The notes beneath the pieces are model-generated. The model had not been told where the DNA came from and ran no database searches. It saw only the letters and a program-made list of their open reading frames with translations. 64,000 nt of DNA from positions 3,162,001-3,226,000 of the forward strand of contig JBHGNT010000002.1 in the NCBI GenBank assembly GCA_043228905.1, in the 5' to 3' direction. The DNA is from Azolla caroliniana (Eukaryota; Plantae; Polypodiophyta). This document shows, piece by piece, positions 13,901-23,384 of this stretch. Made by a program: the position numbers and the translations under genes. The stretch's first letter is position 1, and each line of letters starts with the position of its first letter.

Positions 13901-15545
13901 CAAGTTGGAAACTTCTTGTACGAGCATTCATGTCACCAAAGACAATAACTTCCCCTTTGGATTTGAAATAAGCAATATCATCTTCTAGATTGGCAAACGG
14001 TTGATCTTTATCTAAACAAGCATAAAAGTTAGAATCTTGATGAGGAATGTAACATCCAACTACAAAAGTGGGCAAATCATTAGGTGTTTCTATTTTGAGC
14101 CATATGTAACATTTATTTTCATCATTTTTTATGATTGACACATATGTCTCTATTTCCTTCTTAATCAAACATGCCACCCCTCCTTGTCCTCTTCTTTGTC
14201 TTGGATTTCTCTTCCATATCAAAGAGTGTACATTATAGTTTCCTAAACCTTGAATCCTTTGAGTATCATGCTCCCATGTTTTAACATGAAGTCTGATATC
14301 CGAGTCATCAGTGAACTCCTCTATGCCAAATCCTGCATTCCATGGGTATCCATTGCAATTCCAAAAGCATAGTCATAAAAGGCGTGGGTTAGTCTCATAG
14401 ATCACGTGTCCCTATTTTCCTACATTTCCATCTTTAGGCACATCCTTAACCTTGTTTTTCAATCTTTTTTCATATGCTTTACGACGAGCATTTTGTTGTG
14501 AGATAGTACGATCTTCACTCACAAAGCATTGTGTACCTTTGAGGCATACCCAACTATTTTCGAGTATGATCCGCCGCTTTGTATCATTTGTCATTGTGCA
14601 TACAATAGGCCTTTCTCCGGAGCGAGTAACACCATGTTTCCCAACTCGGTGTGCCCCATATACATTCACATCTGACATCCCATAATGCATGCTAAAAAAT
14701 TCACCAATGGCCTTTCCAAGGGATGCGGGTGTTTCAATACTCTCTTCTTTAATCCCACGGATGACAATGTTCTTTGATCGTCGTTCACGTTCTTTCAATT
14801 CTCGAACATCTATGCTTTCTATATTCTTCTCTTGATGCATCACATGCATATTAGATGAGTTTGATAGCACATCCCCACCACATACATCGGCCCATGACTT
14901 CGTTGTACATACATTTTTCATCTCACTTACATCCCGCCTCATCATGTCCAATTTTTCTTCTTTTAATGCTTCCTTTAACTCAATCTTGTTAAGGCGCTCA
15001 TTTGTTTCAAAAGAAGCTCTTTTACATTCTTGAATCTCTTCTTGAAAGTTTTGCAACCACTTGTTTAAGACTTTCATTCTCAATGACAACACTTTGGAGC
15101 TTAGTATTCTCTTTCATTAACGTCCTAATCTCTTCACCTTGCTTGTTTATGGTTTCTTGAAGAGAAATCAAGTGACTCATAAGCATTTTGTCCATTGCAT
15201 TAGAATCGAGATTTGTCGGTGATCTCGGCTCATCATCAATCATACCCTCGAACTTTGCGGCGGTTTTACGAGTATTTACCATTGTAGGGACAAACCCTAC
15301 GGGAAAAGAGAGACAAAGAGGGAAGGAGAGAGAATGTACCTTTCACTCGATTTAGGGCTTCAAAATCTACCTTCCGTTTGAGGAACCATGGGGCAAAGAT
15401 GGTTGTGGATGAAAATGCTCATAACTTCTCGCCACAGTAACGGAATTCAGTAAATGAACATTCTTTAGAAAGCTCTCTCAAAGAGCTTTCCAATGAGCTA
15501 TAGAATGTAGAAAACGATGGCCAGAGTGAACTTACAGAGAGATTT

Positions 15546-15548
<3 letters not shown>
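10952..15548 (-). mobile_element. Near full-length RTE-X-like LINE (ORF1 plus APE-RT ORF2), decayed
   Basis: ORF1 15282-14412 (coiled coil, RERRSKNIVIRGIKE). ORF2 about 14400-11030 with WNCNG, GDMNAR, SDHRP, QAGFR, YADD, FKYLG and the C-terminal LSSHALRCETGRW..CTLC..ESEYH..QC motif. 3' tail (TCTA)n; 5' end embedded in (TC)n. Confidence 0.85.
14412..15282 (-). pseudogene. RTE-X-like LINE ORF1 (frameshifted)
   Basis: ORFs 15022-15282 and 14412-15092: coiled coil followed by RRM-like NIVIRGIKE...AHRVG...RPIV...FVSEDRT. Confidence 0.7.

Positions 15549-15598
<50 letters not shown>
15549..15598. repeat. (GA)n microsatellite between two LINE copies
   Basis: About 25 GA units read directly. Confidence 0.95.
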
Positions 15599-15603
<5 letters not shown>

Positions 15604-16041
15604 ATTATCGTATTTGGAGGTCAAATATGACCTATGAGACCAAAAAATTACATTTCACGTGATACGTGTGAAAGTGAGTAGTGACTCTTGATGTTCAAGA
15701 ACTTTACCAATGAATGTTGCAATCGAGAGTGCACATTATGGTTGTGAGAGGAATTCATGCAAAGATTGGGCTCGATCAAAGAGATGTGGAAAGCATGGTC
15801 GAATATGATCAAAGGTAGAGCATTGTATCAAAGTGTGATACTCAGACTCGCGAACTTGTTTAGGGCAAAGTGTGCATAGCCGACCACTCTCATCACTTGT
15901 ACCCCAACGCCCTGTTTCACATCGCAATGCATGTGAACTAAGTCGCATGGAAGCAATGGTTCGAGTGGAAGATAACGGTATGGGCTCTAACATGTATGGA
16001 TGTGTACGATTTCCCCGTTCCGCAAAGAATATGATTTTGTA
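15599..16041 (-). mobile_element. 5'-truncated second copy of the same RTE-X-like LINE
   Basis: Near-identical to about 10973-11419; flanked by (GA)n on both sides. Confidence 0.9.
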
Positions 16042-16229
16042 AAGAGAGAGAGAGAGAGAGAGAGAGACCTTGACCAGTCTCTGTTGTAACCGCCTCTTGG
16101 CGAAGATTGAGAGCACGAGGTTGTTGCCTCTGTGACTTATTACTGTAATCTCTACGTAGTGATAGTTTGGAGTTTGTGGGCTCCCGTGGTTTTTCCCCGT
16201 TTAGGGTTTTTCCACGTAAACATATTGTG
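15957..16229 (+). repeat. Direct repeat copy 1 (LINE end + (GA)n + copia A LTR segment)
   Basis: The same sequence recurs at 22970-23258; the only difference I see is GA tract length. Confidence 0.9.
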
Positions 16230-17099
16230 AGTAGAGGAGCTGCCATAGCCACTTGTGAAGAGGTATGGATTAGAAGATTGCTTGCTGATCTGGGAGTATA
16301 TATAGATGGTGCTGTCACAATCTGGTGTGACAATATGAGCAGCATTCAGCTTGCAAAGAACCCAGTGTTCCATGCAAGAACAAAGCACATTGAGGTGCAT
16401 TATCACTTTGTTAGAGAAAAAGTGATGGAAGGTGAAGTTGATCTGGCGTATGTGAATACAAATCAGCAGGTTGCTGATATCCTTACGAAGGGATTGAGTG
16501 TGGAAAAACATACACAGTTTCGGAACATGATGGGAGTTGTAAACATTGATGAGATGGCTAAAAAGCAAAATGGAAAAGAAGATTGAAGAGAACCTCAAGC
16601 AAGAATAAGTTGAGCTTGAGGGGGAATGTTGAGAAGCAAGCTCAACATGGTATGTGATGCTTATGAGAAATAAGCTATAGTAGCTATTTAGCTACTAGTG
16701 AACAAAAAGGTAAAACAGCTATTTAGCTATGGACAGCTAATTAGCGACTGAACAGCTATTTAGCTAGTGACAGCTAATTAGCTAGTGAACAGCTATTTAG
16801 CGACTGACAGCTAATTAGCTACTGGCAGCTAATTAGCTGCATGTGTAATAACTTATGACTTAGGTAAAAGTAAGTAAGAGTGAATAGGAAATAAGTAGTA
16901 AGAAAAAACAGAGAATAGTGAGTAGAGAACTCTGAGAGAGAGTGAGAGACCAGAAGACTGACGAGAGCAAGTTGAGCTCTACATGTAATAGAAGAAAACC
17001 ATTTTGCTACTACAGAGGTAAGTCCCCTTTCCTTTCTTTGTCTGTTTAGAGCACGCTAACGATCCAGCACACTACGATCCGCCGCGCACACATAAGAAG

Positions 17100-17768
17100 T
17101 GTTGGGATTTACGGTCCCTCCGGATGGGATGTCCGGATACGAATGACGGCAAGCCCGGTTGCGGTTACGGAACCGGAGGATGAAGGGTACCCGGCATGAA
17201 GCCGGATGAAGACCCGGCTACGAGCCGGATGCTGAAGACTCCGGCTACGGAGCCGGATGATGAATACCCCGGCTACGGAGCCGGATGCTGAATGTACCCG
17301 GAGGGAGATCCGGATGCGGGGACATATTTGTGAATATGTTTGCCAAGAGCCCTTGAGGCTATATTTGTAAATAGCCCGAAAGTCATATAAGTATAAATAT
17401 GACTTAGGGCAAACAGTTTATGTTGTTGCTCATTTTCTGTTTTCCACGAAGAGGGAGCGAAGTGAGAGCAGCCGAGCGAGAGTGAGAGAGAGAAAGGGGA
17501 AGGAAGAGGTCGACGCCTCTGTGTAATACCGCCGCCTGTGGCGAGGACAGCGAGCTCAAGGTTGTTGCCTTGTAGCCTCACCATTGTACATCTCTGTGTA
17601 TAGTGATAGTTGGAGTTAGAGGACTCCCGTGGTTTTTTCCCATTTAGGGTTTTCCACGTAAACATCCTGTGTGCTCTTCTCTCTGTTGTTCTTCGTGCAT
17701 TCTTGTATTTCCCGTTTTCTGCGAATCGATCCTGTTCCTCGGTTGTGGCCGAGCACGGAATTTCAACA
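17100..17768 (+). repeat. 5' LTR of the intact copia
   Basis: TGTTGGGA...TTTCAACA; CCGG-rich U3 repeats; TATAAATA near 17392. Confidence 0.95.
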
Positions 17769-17771
17769 AAC

Positions 17772-17783
17772 TGGTATCAGAGC
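17772..17783 (+). promoter_or_regulatory. PBS (tRNA-iMet)
   Basis: TGGTATCAGAGC, 3 nt after the LTR. Confidence 0.95.
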
Positions 17784-17799
17784 GACGGTAACACAGAAA

Positions 17800-20700
17800 A
17801 TGGAAGGCGGCGGCAGCGGGCAGCCGATGATGATGGTGCTGAATGCACAGAATTACGCCGACTGGAAGATCAAGATGGAGGATCTTCTGATTGTTCGGGA
17901 CCTGTACGAACCGATTGACAGGTCGGAAATACCGAAAGGGGTACTTGAGTCGGAGTGGAAGCTCCTGAACCGGAAAGCCGTAGCGACGATCCGGCAATAT
18001 GTCGATGTAAGTGTCCTGCAACATGTGGCGAACGATACGAACGCCTATGAGATGTGGAAGAAGCTGTCGGGCCTCTATGAGAGGAAGAATGCGTTGAACC
18101 GGACCTCCCTGATGAGGAAGATAGTGAACCTCAAGTACCGGGACGGCGAGAGTATGGTAGAACACGTAAGCACGTTCATGGGATTCGTGAACCAGCTTGC
18201 GGCGATCAAGTTCCCGTTGGAGGATGCAATGCAAGCCATCATCCTGATGTGTACATTGCCGGACAGCTGGGAGAACTTGGTGGTGACTCTCAGCACCTCC
18301 TGCGCCGAAGATAACTTGTCCCTACAAACGGTAAAGACAAGTATTTTGAACGAAGAAGCGCGTCGGAGAGATAAAGAACCGGTCTCCGACTCGAAGGCGC
18401 TGCTTACCGAATCGGAACGGGGAAGACAATGGAACCGGAGTCCGCAAAGACGGGAGAAGTCGGGGACCCGGTCGCAGTCAAGAGGAAGGCCAACATGCTT
18501 CCACTGTGGGAAGCCGGGGCACTTCCGGAAGAATTGTCGGCATTACCGAAAGGACAACGGAGCCGACGACACCGATTCGAAGAAGTCACCGGAGAGAAAC
18601 GGTGCATACCGGGGAGCCACGGACCGGAGAGGTCCGGATCGGCGAGGGCAGGACCGGAAAGGAACGACGGCATTCGCGGCAAGTGAAGAAGAGATAATGC
18701 TCATTACCGAAGAGACGGAGCTAAACCTTGCCGGTGAAGAGATGACCTGGGTGGTCGATTCCGGAGCGTCGTTCCACCTGACCCCGGAGAAGAAATACTT
18801 CTCATCCTACACAGCCGGTGAACATGGCTGTGTCCGGATGGGAAATGAAGGCACATGCCGGATTGCCGGCATAGGAGACGTGTGGCTGATGACATCAACC
18901 GGATGCAAGCTGCTGCTGAAGAATGTGCGACACGTTCCGGAGGTCCGATTGAACCTGATCTCGGCCGGGAGGCTAGATGATGAAGGCTACACGGGTAGCA
19001 TCCGGAACGGTGTCATGAAGTTCAGCAAGGGGAGCCTGATAGTGGCTCGGGCCCGGAAGGTCAACACTCTGTACCTGATGAATTCCCGGCTATGTCCGGA
19101 GGAGCTGAACGTGGCAGCCGTCGCTGCCGGTGAGCTGTGGCACAAGCGACTGTGCCACATGAGTGAGAAGGGGATGAAGAGGCTTGCAGAAGACAACCTT
19201 ATTCCAGTGAAGCATGTGCACCTGGAGAAGTGCACCGACTGCCTGGCCGGTAAGCAAAACCGAACCTCCTTCCACTCAAGGCCACCGACGAGACGTAGCG
19301 CACCATTGGAGTTGGTGCACACTGATGTGTGTCAGGTAGAAACGAAGTCACATGGCGGAGCCCAGTACTTCGTGACATTCATTGATGATCACAGCCGGAA
19401 GCTGTGGACGGCACCGTTGAAGACAAAGGACCAAGTGTTGTCCGTCTTCAAAGAACTCCACGCGAGAGTGGAAAGGGAATCCGGCAAGAAGCTGAAAGCG
19501 ATACGAGCGGATAACGGAGGGGAATACCGGGGGCAGTTCCAGGAGTACTGTCGCTCGAAGGGAATCCGGCTCGAGTTTACTGTGCCGAAGACGCCGGAAC
19601 TGAACGGGCTGGCCGAGAGGATGAACCGGACCATAATGGAGCGGGTCCGGAGTATGCTGGCGCATGCGAAATTACCCAAGGGGTTTTGGGCTGAGGCAAT
19701 GTCGACGGCGACATATGTGATAAACAGATCACCCTCAGTTCCTTTGGACGGAGACACGCCGCAGAGAGTGTGGACCGGTAAGGAAGTGTCCTACCGGCAT
19801 CTGAAGGTGTTCGGGTGTCTCGCATACGTGCATGTGGCAAAGGACCGGAGAGGAAAGCTAGATCCTAAGACCCGGCCATGCATATTCCTCGGTTACGGCG
19901 ACGACGAGTTCGGCTACCGAGTATGGGACCCGGTCGACAAGAAGATATTCAGGAGTCGAGACATCATCTTCATGGAGGACAAGACACTCGCCGACTGGGA
20001 GTCGGAGAAGAAGATGAAGAGCTCCAAGTCGATCGGTGAGGATCAACTCTACGAGGAGCAGTCCCGACCGGCAAGGGACCGGTTAACACTCGAGGATCCG
20101 GCCGAAGACGGTGAAGAAACAGAACCGGCCGAAGAAGATGAAAATGATACCGGAACCGGCCCCGATCCCGAAATGGATTCGGATGAAGAAGAAGAATCGG
20201 AAGAACCGGTTACCGAAGCTCCCGAACGGAGATATCCTCTAAGAGAGAGGAGAGCCCCCCGGAGATTTCCGGAACCAGAGCACGTGCTGCTAACCGACGA
20301 AGGGGAGCCGGAGAGCTTTGAAGAAGCAAAGCATGACACCCAGAGCCGCAGGTGGTTGAGTGCCATGCAGGACGAGATGGATTCCCTGCATGAGAACCAC
20401 ACATATGAACTTGTGGAGTTGCCGAAAGGAAAGCGGGCACTTCGAAACAAGTGGGTGTTCAAGCTGAAACCGGGAGATGCCGGAAACCCCACGAGATACA
20501 AAGCCAGGATCGTGGTGAAGGGGTTCCAGCAAAAGAAGGGCGTCGACTTCGACGAGATATTTGCCCCGGTAGTGAAGATGACCTCCATCCGGACGGTGCT
20601 GAGCATAGCGGCAAGCATGGACCTCGAGGTAGAACAGATGGACGTGAAGACGGCATTCCTTCACGGTGACCTCGATGAAGAGATCTACATGCAGCAACCG

Positions 20701-21876
20701 GAAGGATTCGAGAAGAAAGGGAAGGAGCACCTGGTATGCCGGTTGAAGAAGAGCCTTTACGGACTGAAGCAGGCTCCCCGGCAATGGTACCGGAAGTTCG
20801 ACTCCTTCATGACCGACGAAGGGTACCTCAAAACGCAGTCCGACCACTGCGTGTTTGTGAAGAAGTTCGATGGAGGAGACTTTCTAATACTCCTCCTGTA
20901 CGTGGACGACATGTTGATCGTCGGACGGGACCAGGTCAAGATACGGATGCTGAAGAAGGCTCTTCACCGAACCTTCTCAATGAAGGACCTGGGTCCGGCG
21001 AGGCAAATACTAGGGATGCACATCATCCGGGACCGGAAGAAGAAGCAGTTGTGGCTGTCACAGGAGAAGTACGTGACAAAGGTGCTTCAACGGTTCAACA
21101 TGTCGGAAGCAAGACCGGTCGGATCGACCCTCCCGGCAAACTGCAAGCTGACCAGCAAGCAAAGTCCCAAGACAAAGGCTGAAAAGGAGGATATGATGGA
21201 AGTGCCGTATGCCTCAGCCGTCGGGAGCTTGATGTACGCCATGGTGTGTACGAGACCGGACATAGGATATGCAGTCGGAGTGGTGAGCCGGTACATGAGC
21301 AATCCCGGCAAAGAGCACTGGAACGCGGTCAAGTGGATACTCCGATACCTGAAGGGCACGGCAAACGTGTGCCTCCGATTCGGCTCCGGTAAGCCCGAAC
21401 TCGAAGGCTTTACTGATTCTGATATGTCGGTTGATGCAGATACCAGCCGGTCCACATCAGGGTATGTGATGACGTATGCAGGGGGAGCTGTTTCGTGGCA
21501 GTCGAGGCTGCAGAAGACGGTTGCGTTGTCAACCACGGAGGCGGAGTACATGGCGGCTGTTGAAGCCGGCAAGGAAATAATATGGATGAAGGACTTCATT
21601 AGAGAGCTCGGTATCCGGCAAGAGGAGTACCGACTCTACTGCGACAGTCAGAGTGCCATCCACCTTGCGAAGAACGCGGCCTATCACTCCCGGACGAAGC
21701 ACATCCAGCGAAGATATCACTGGATCCGGGAAAGGATAGAAGACAAGGAGTTCGTGCTGACGAAGATCCACACGGACGAGAACGGGTCGGATATGCTGAC
21801 CAAGGTACTTACACCCGACAAGCTGGAAGCATGCCGGAAGAGGATCGGATTGGAGAGACATCCCATGCCGAAGTGA
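17800..21876 (+). CDS. Copia gag-pol polyprotein (1358 aa): capsid, CCHC, protease, integrase, RT, RNase H
   Basis: Uninterrupted ORF from the ATG after the PBS; CFHCGKPGHFRKNC, WVVDSGASFH, HKRLCH..CTDC, LELVHTDVC, ADNGGEY, YVDDMLI, DSQSAIHLAKN. Confidence 0.96.
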   Translation: MEGGGSGQPMMMVLNAQNYADWKIKMEDLLIVRDLYEPIDRSEIPKGVLESEWKLLNRKAVATIRQYVDVSVLQHVANDTNAYEMWKKLSGLYERKNALNRTSLMRKIVNLKYRDGESMVEHVSTFMGFVNQLAAIKFPLEDAMQAIILMCTLPDSWENLVVTLSTSCAEDNLSLQTVKTSILNEEARRRDKEPVSDSKALLTESERGRQWNRSPQRREKSGTRSQSRGRPTCFHCGKPGHFRKNCRHYRKDNGADDTDSKKSPERNGAYRGATDRRGPDRRGQDRKGTTAFAASEEEIMLITEETELNLAGEEMTWVVDSGASFHLTPEKKYFSSYTAGEHGCVRMGNEGTCRIAGIGDVWLMTSTGCKLLLKNVRHVPEVRLNLISAGRLDDEGYTGSIRNGVMKFSKGSLIVARARKVNTLYLMNSRLCPEELNVAAVAAGELWHKRLCHMSEKGMKRLAEDNLIPVKHVHLEKCTDCLAGKQNRTSFHSRPPTRRSAPLELVHTDVCQVETKSHGGAQYFVTFIDDHSRKLWTAPLKTKDQVLSVFKELHARVERESGKKLKAIRADNGGEYRGQFQEYCRSKGIRLEFTVPKTPELNGLAERMNRTIMERVRSMLAHAKLPKGFWAEAMSTATYVINRSPSVPLDGDTPQRVWTGKEVSYRHLKVFGCLAYVHVAKDRRGKLDPKTRPCIFLGYGDDEFGYRVWDPVDKKIFRSRDIIFMEDKTLADWESEKKMKSSKSIGEDQLYEEQSRPARDRLTLEDPAEDGEETEPAEEDENDTGTGPDPEMDSDEEEESEEPVTEAPERRYPLRERRAPRRFPEPEHVLLTDEGEPESFEEAKHDTQSRRWLSAMQDEMDSLHENHTYELVELPKGKRALRNKWVFKLKPGDAGNPTRYKARIVVKGFQQKKGVDFDEIFAPVVKMTSIRTVLSIAASMDLEVEQMDVKTAFLHGDLDEEIYMQQPEGFEKKGKEHLVCRLKKSLYGLKQAPRQWYRKFDSFMTDEGYLKTQSDHCVFVKKFDGGDFLILLLYVDDMLIVGRDQVKIRMLKKALHRTFSMKDLGPARQILGMHIIRDRKKKQLWLSQEKYVTKVLQRFNMSEARPVGSTLPANCKLTSKQSPKTKAEKEDMMEVPYASAVGSLMYAMVCTRPDIGYAVGVVSRYMSNPGKEHWNAVKWILRYLKGTANVCLRFGSGKPELEGFTDSDMSVDADTSRSTSGYVMTYAGGAVSWQSRLQKTVALSTTEAEYMAAVEAGKEIIWMKDFIRELGIRQEEYRLYCDSQSAIHLAKNAAYHSRTKHIQRRYHWIRERIEDKEFVLTKIHTDENGSDMLTKVLTPDKLEACRKRIGLERHPMPK

Positions 21877-21886
21877 AGGGGGAGTT

Positions 21887-22555
21887 TGTTGGGATTTACG
21901 GTCCCTCCGGATGGGATGTCCGGATACGAATGACGGCAAGCCCGGTTGCGGTTACGGAACCGGAGGATGAAGGGTACCCGGCATGAAGCCGGATGAAGAC
22001 CCGGCTACGAGCCGGATGCTGAAGACTCCGGCTACGGAGCCGGATGATGAATACCCCGGCTACGGAGCCGGATGCTGAATGTACCCGGAGGGAGATCCGG
22101 ATGCGGGGACATATTTGTGAATATGTTTGCCAAGAGCCCTTGAGGCTATATTTGTAAATAGCCCGAAAGTCATATAAGTATAAATATGACTTAGGGCAAA
22201 CAGTTTATGTTGTTGCTCATTTTCTGTTTTCCACGAAGAGGGAGCGAAGTGAGAGCAGCCGAGCGAGAGTGAGAGAGAGAAAGGGGAAGGAAGAGGTCGA
22301 CGCCTCTGTGTAATACCGCCGCCTGTGGCGAGGACAGCGAGCTCAAGGTTGTTGCCTTGTAGCCTCACCATTGTACATCTCTGTGTATAGTGATAGTTGG
22401 AGTTAGAGGACTCCCGTGGTTTTTTCCCATTTAGGGTTTTCCACGTAAACATCCTGTGTGCTCTTCTCTCTGTTGTTCTTCGTGCATTCTTGTATTTCCC
22501 GTTTTCTGCGAATCGATCCTGTTCCTCGGTTGTGGCCGAGCACGGAATTTCAACA
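21887..22555 (+). repeat. 3' LTR of the intact copia
   Basis: Follows PPT GAAGGGGGAGTT; same length as the 5' LTR and matches it by eye. Confidence 0.95.
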
Positions 22556-22969
22556 AGAAGAGCTCGAGTGCCTTCTTCACGTTTTCTTAACACTTTACTC
22601 ATTACATTGCCCTTAGTCTTGTTGGTTCAGAGAAATTGAGTAATGTCTCTTTTTATTCTTGCAATTCATGTTTTGTCACAAATCTAGCAAGGGCTAAGGC
22701 AATTTTAATATCACTATCTATATTTTTTTGTTGCCTTGTTTACAACCATGTGAAGGGTTGCTCTCTTTGCAACAAGCTTATCTATGCTCTCTATCCCTTT
22801 CACTAAGTCTAGGGATGACTTCACAGACTCTACAATCTCCTCTAAAACACATTGGTCCCTAAAATTAATATTCTCCATGTCTTCATTCAAATATTGATGG
22901 TGTAACACTCTAGAGATAATATCCCTACAATCCTCGTCGCTAAATCTCTTAGTTATTTCTAGTAAATAG

Positions 22970-23053
22970 TGGTTCGAGTGGAAGATAACGGTATGGGCTC
23001 TAACATGTATGGATGTGTACGATTTCCCCGTTCCGCAAAGAATATGATTTTGT

Positions 23054-23099
<46 letters not shown>

Positions 23100-23258
23100 T
23101 GACCAGTCTCTGTTGTAACCGCCTCTTGGCGAAGATTGAGAGCACGAGGTTGTTGCCTCTGTGACTTATTACTGTAATCTCTACGTAGTGATAGTTTGGA
23201 GTTTGTGGGCTCCCGTGGTTTTTCCCCGTTTAGGGTTTTTCCACGTAAACATATTGTG
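22970..23258 (+). repeat. Direct repeat copy 2 of 15957-16229
   Basis: TGGTTCGAGTGGAAG...CATATTGTG, with a longer (GA)n. Confidence 0.9.
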
Positions 23259-23384
23259 TACTCTCTTTCAGTGTTTTGCGTATACGTACATCTACCTCCA
23301 CATTCCCATTTCTGTGATTGTAATTCTCAGCAAAGTGATTGAAGACTCGGTTGTGGCCGAGCATTATTCCGCATATTCTCTTCA

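Larger units (their letters stand above)
17100..22555 (+). mobile_element. Intact, very young Tnt1/Tork-like Ty1/copia LTR retrotransposon
   Basis: TG...CA LTRs at 17100-17768 and 21887-22555 (669 bp each, no difference seen); TSD AGAAG at 17095-17099 and 22556-22560; PBS; PPT; single ORF. Confidence 0.97.
16230..22592 (+). mobile_element. 3' fragment of a second copia family (copy B): RNase H end, PPT and 3' LTR, split by the intact copia
   Basis: WCDNMSSIQLAKNPVFHARTKHIEVHYHFVRE...QVADILTKGL up to 16586; PPT TTGAGGGGGAA; LTR TGTTGAGAA from 16627-17099, resuming 22561-22592 and ending TTCTTAACA. Confidence 0.85.
6283..23384 (+). mobile_element. Decayed Tnt1/Tork-like copia (copy A); both LTRs interrupted by nested insertions
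   Basis: 5' LTR right half 6283-6585; PBS TGGTATCAGAGC 6589-6600; gag-pol with stops 6618-10619; PPT GAAGGGGGAG. 3' LTR starts at 10630, resumes at 16068 and 23097, and ends CTCTTCA at 23384. Confidence 0.9.

Noticed and set aside
17671-17799. 43-aa N-terminal extension of the 1401-aa ORF
   Set aside because: It begins at a non-ATG codon inside the LTR/PBS; the likely start is the ATG at 17800, matching the sister copies.
22593-22969. Minus-strand coding-like fragment (LLEITKRFSDEDCRDII...)
   Set aside because: Short, stop-interrupted and unassignable; treated as part of the captured filler DNA.
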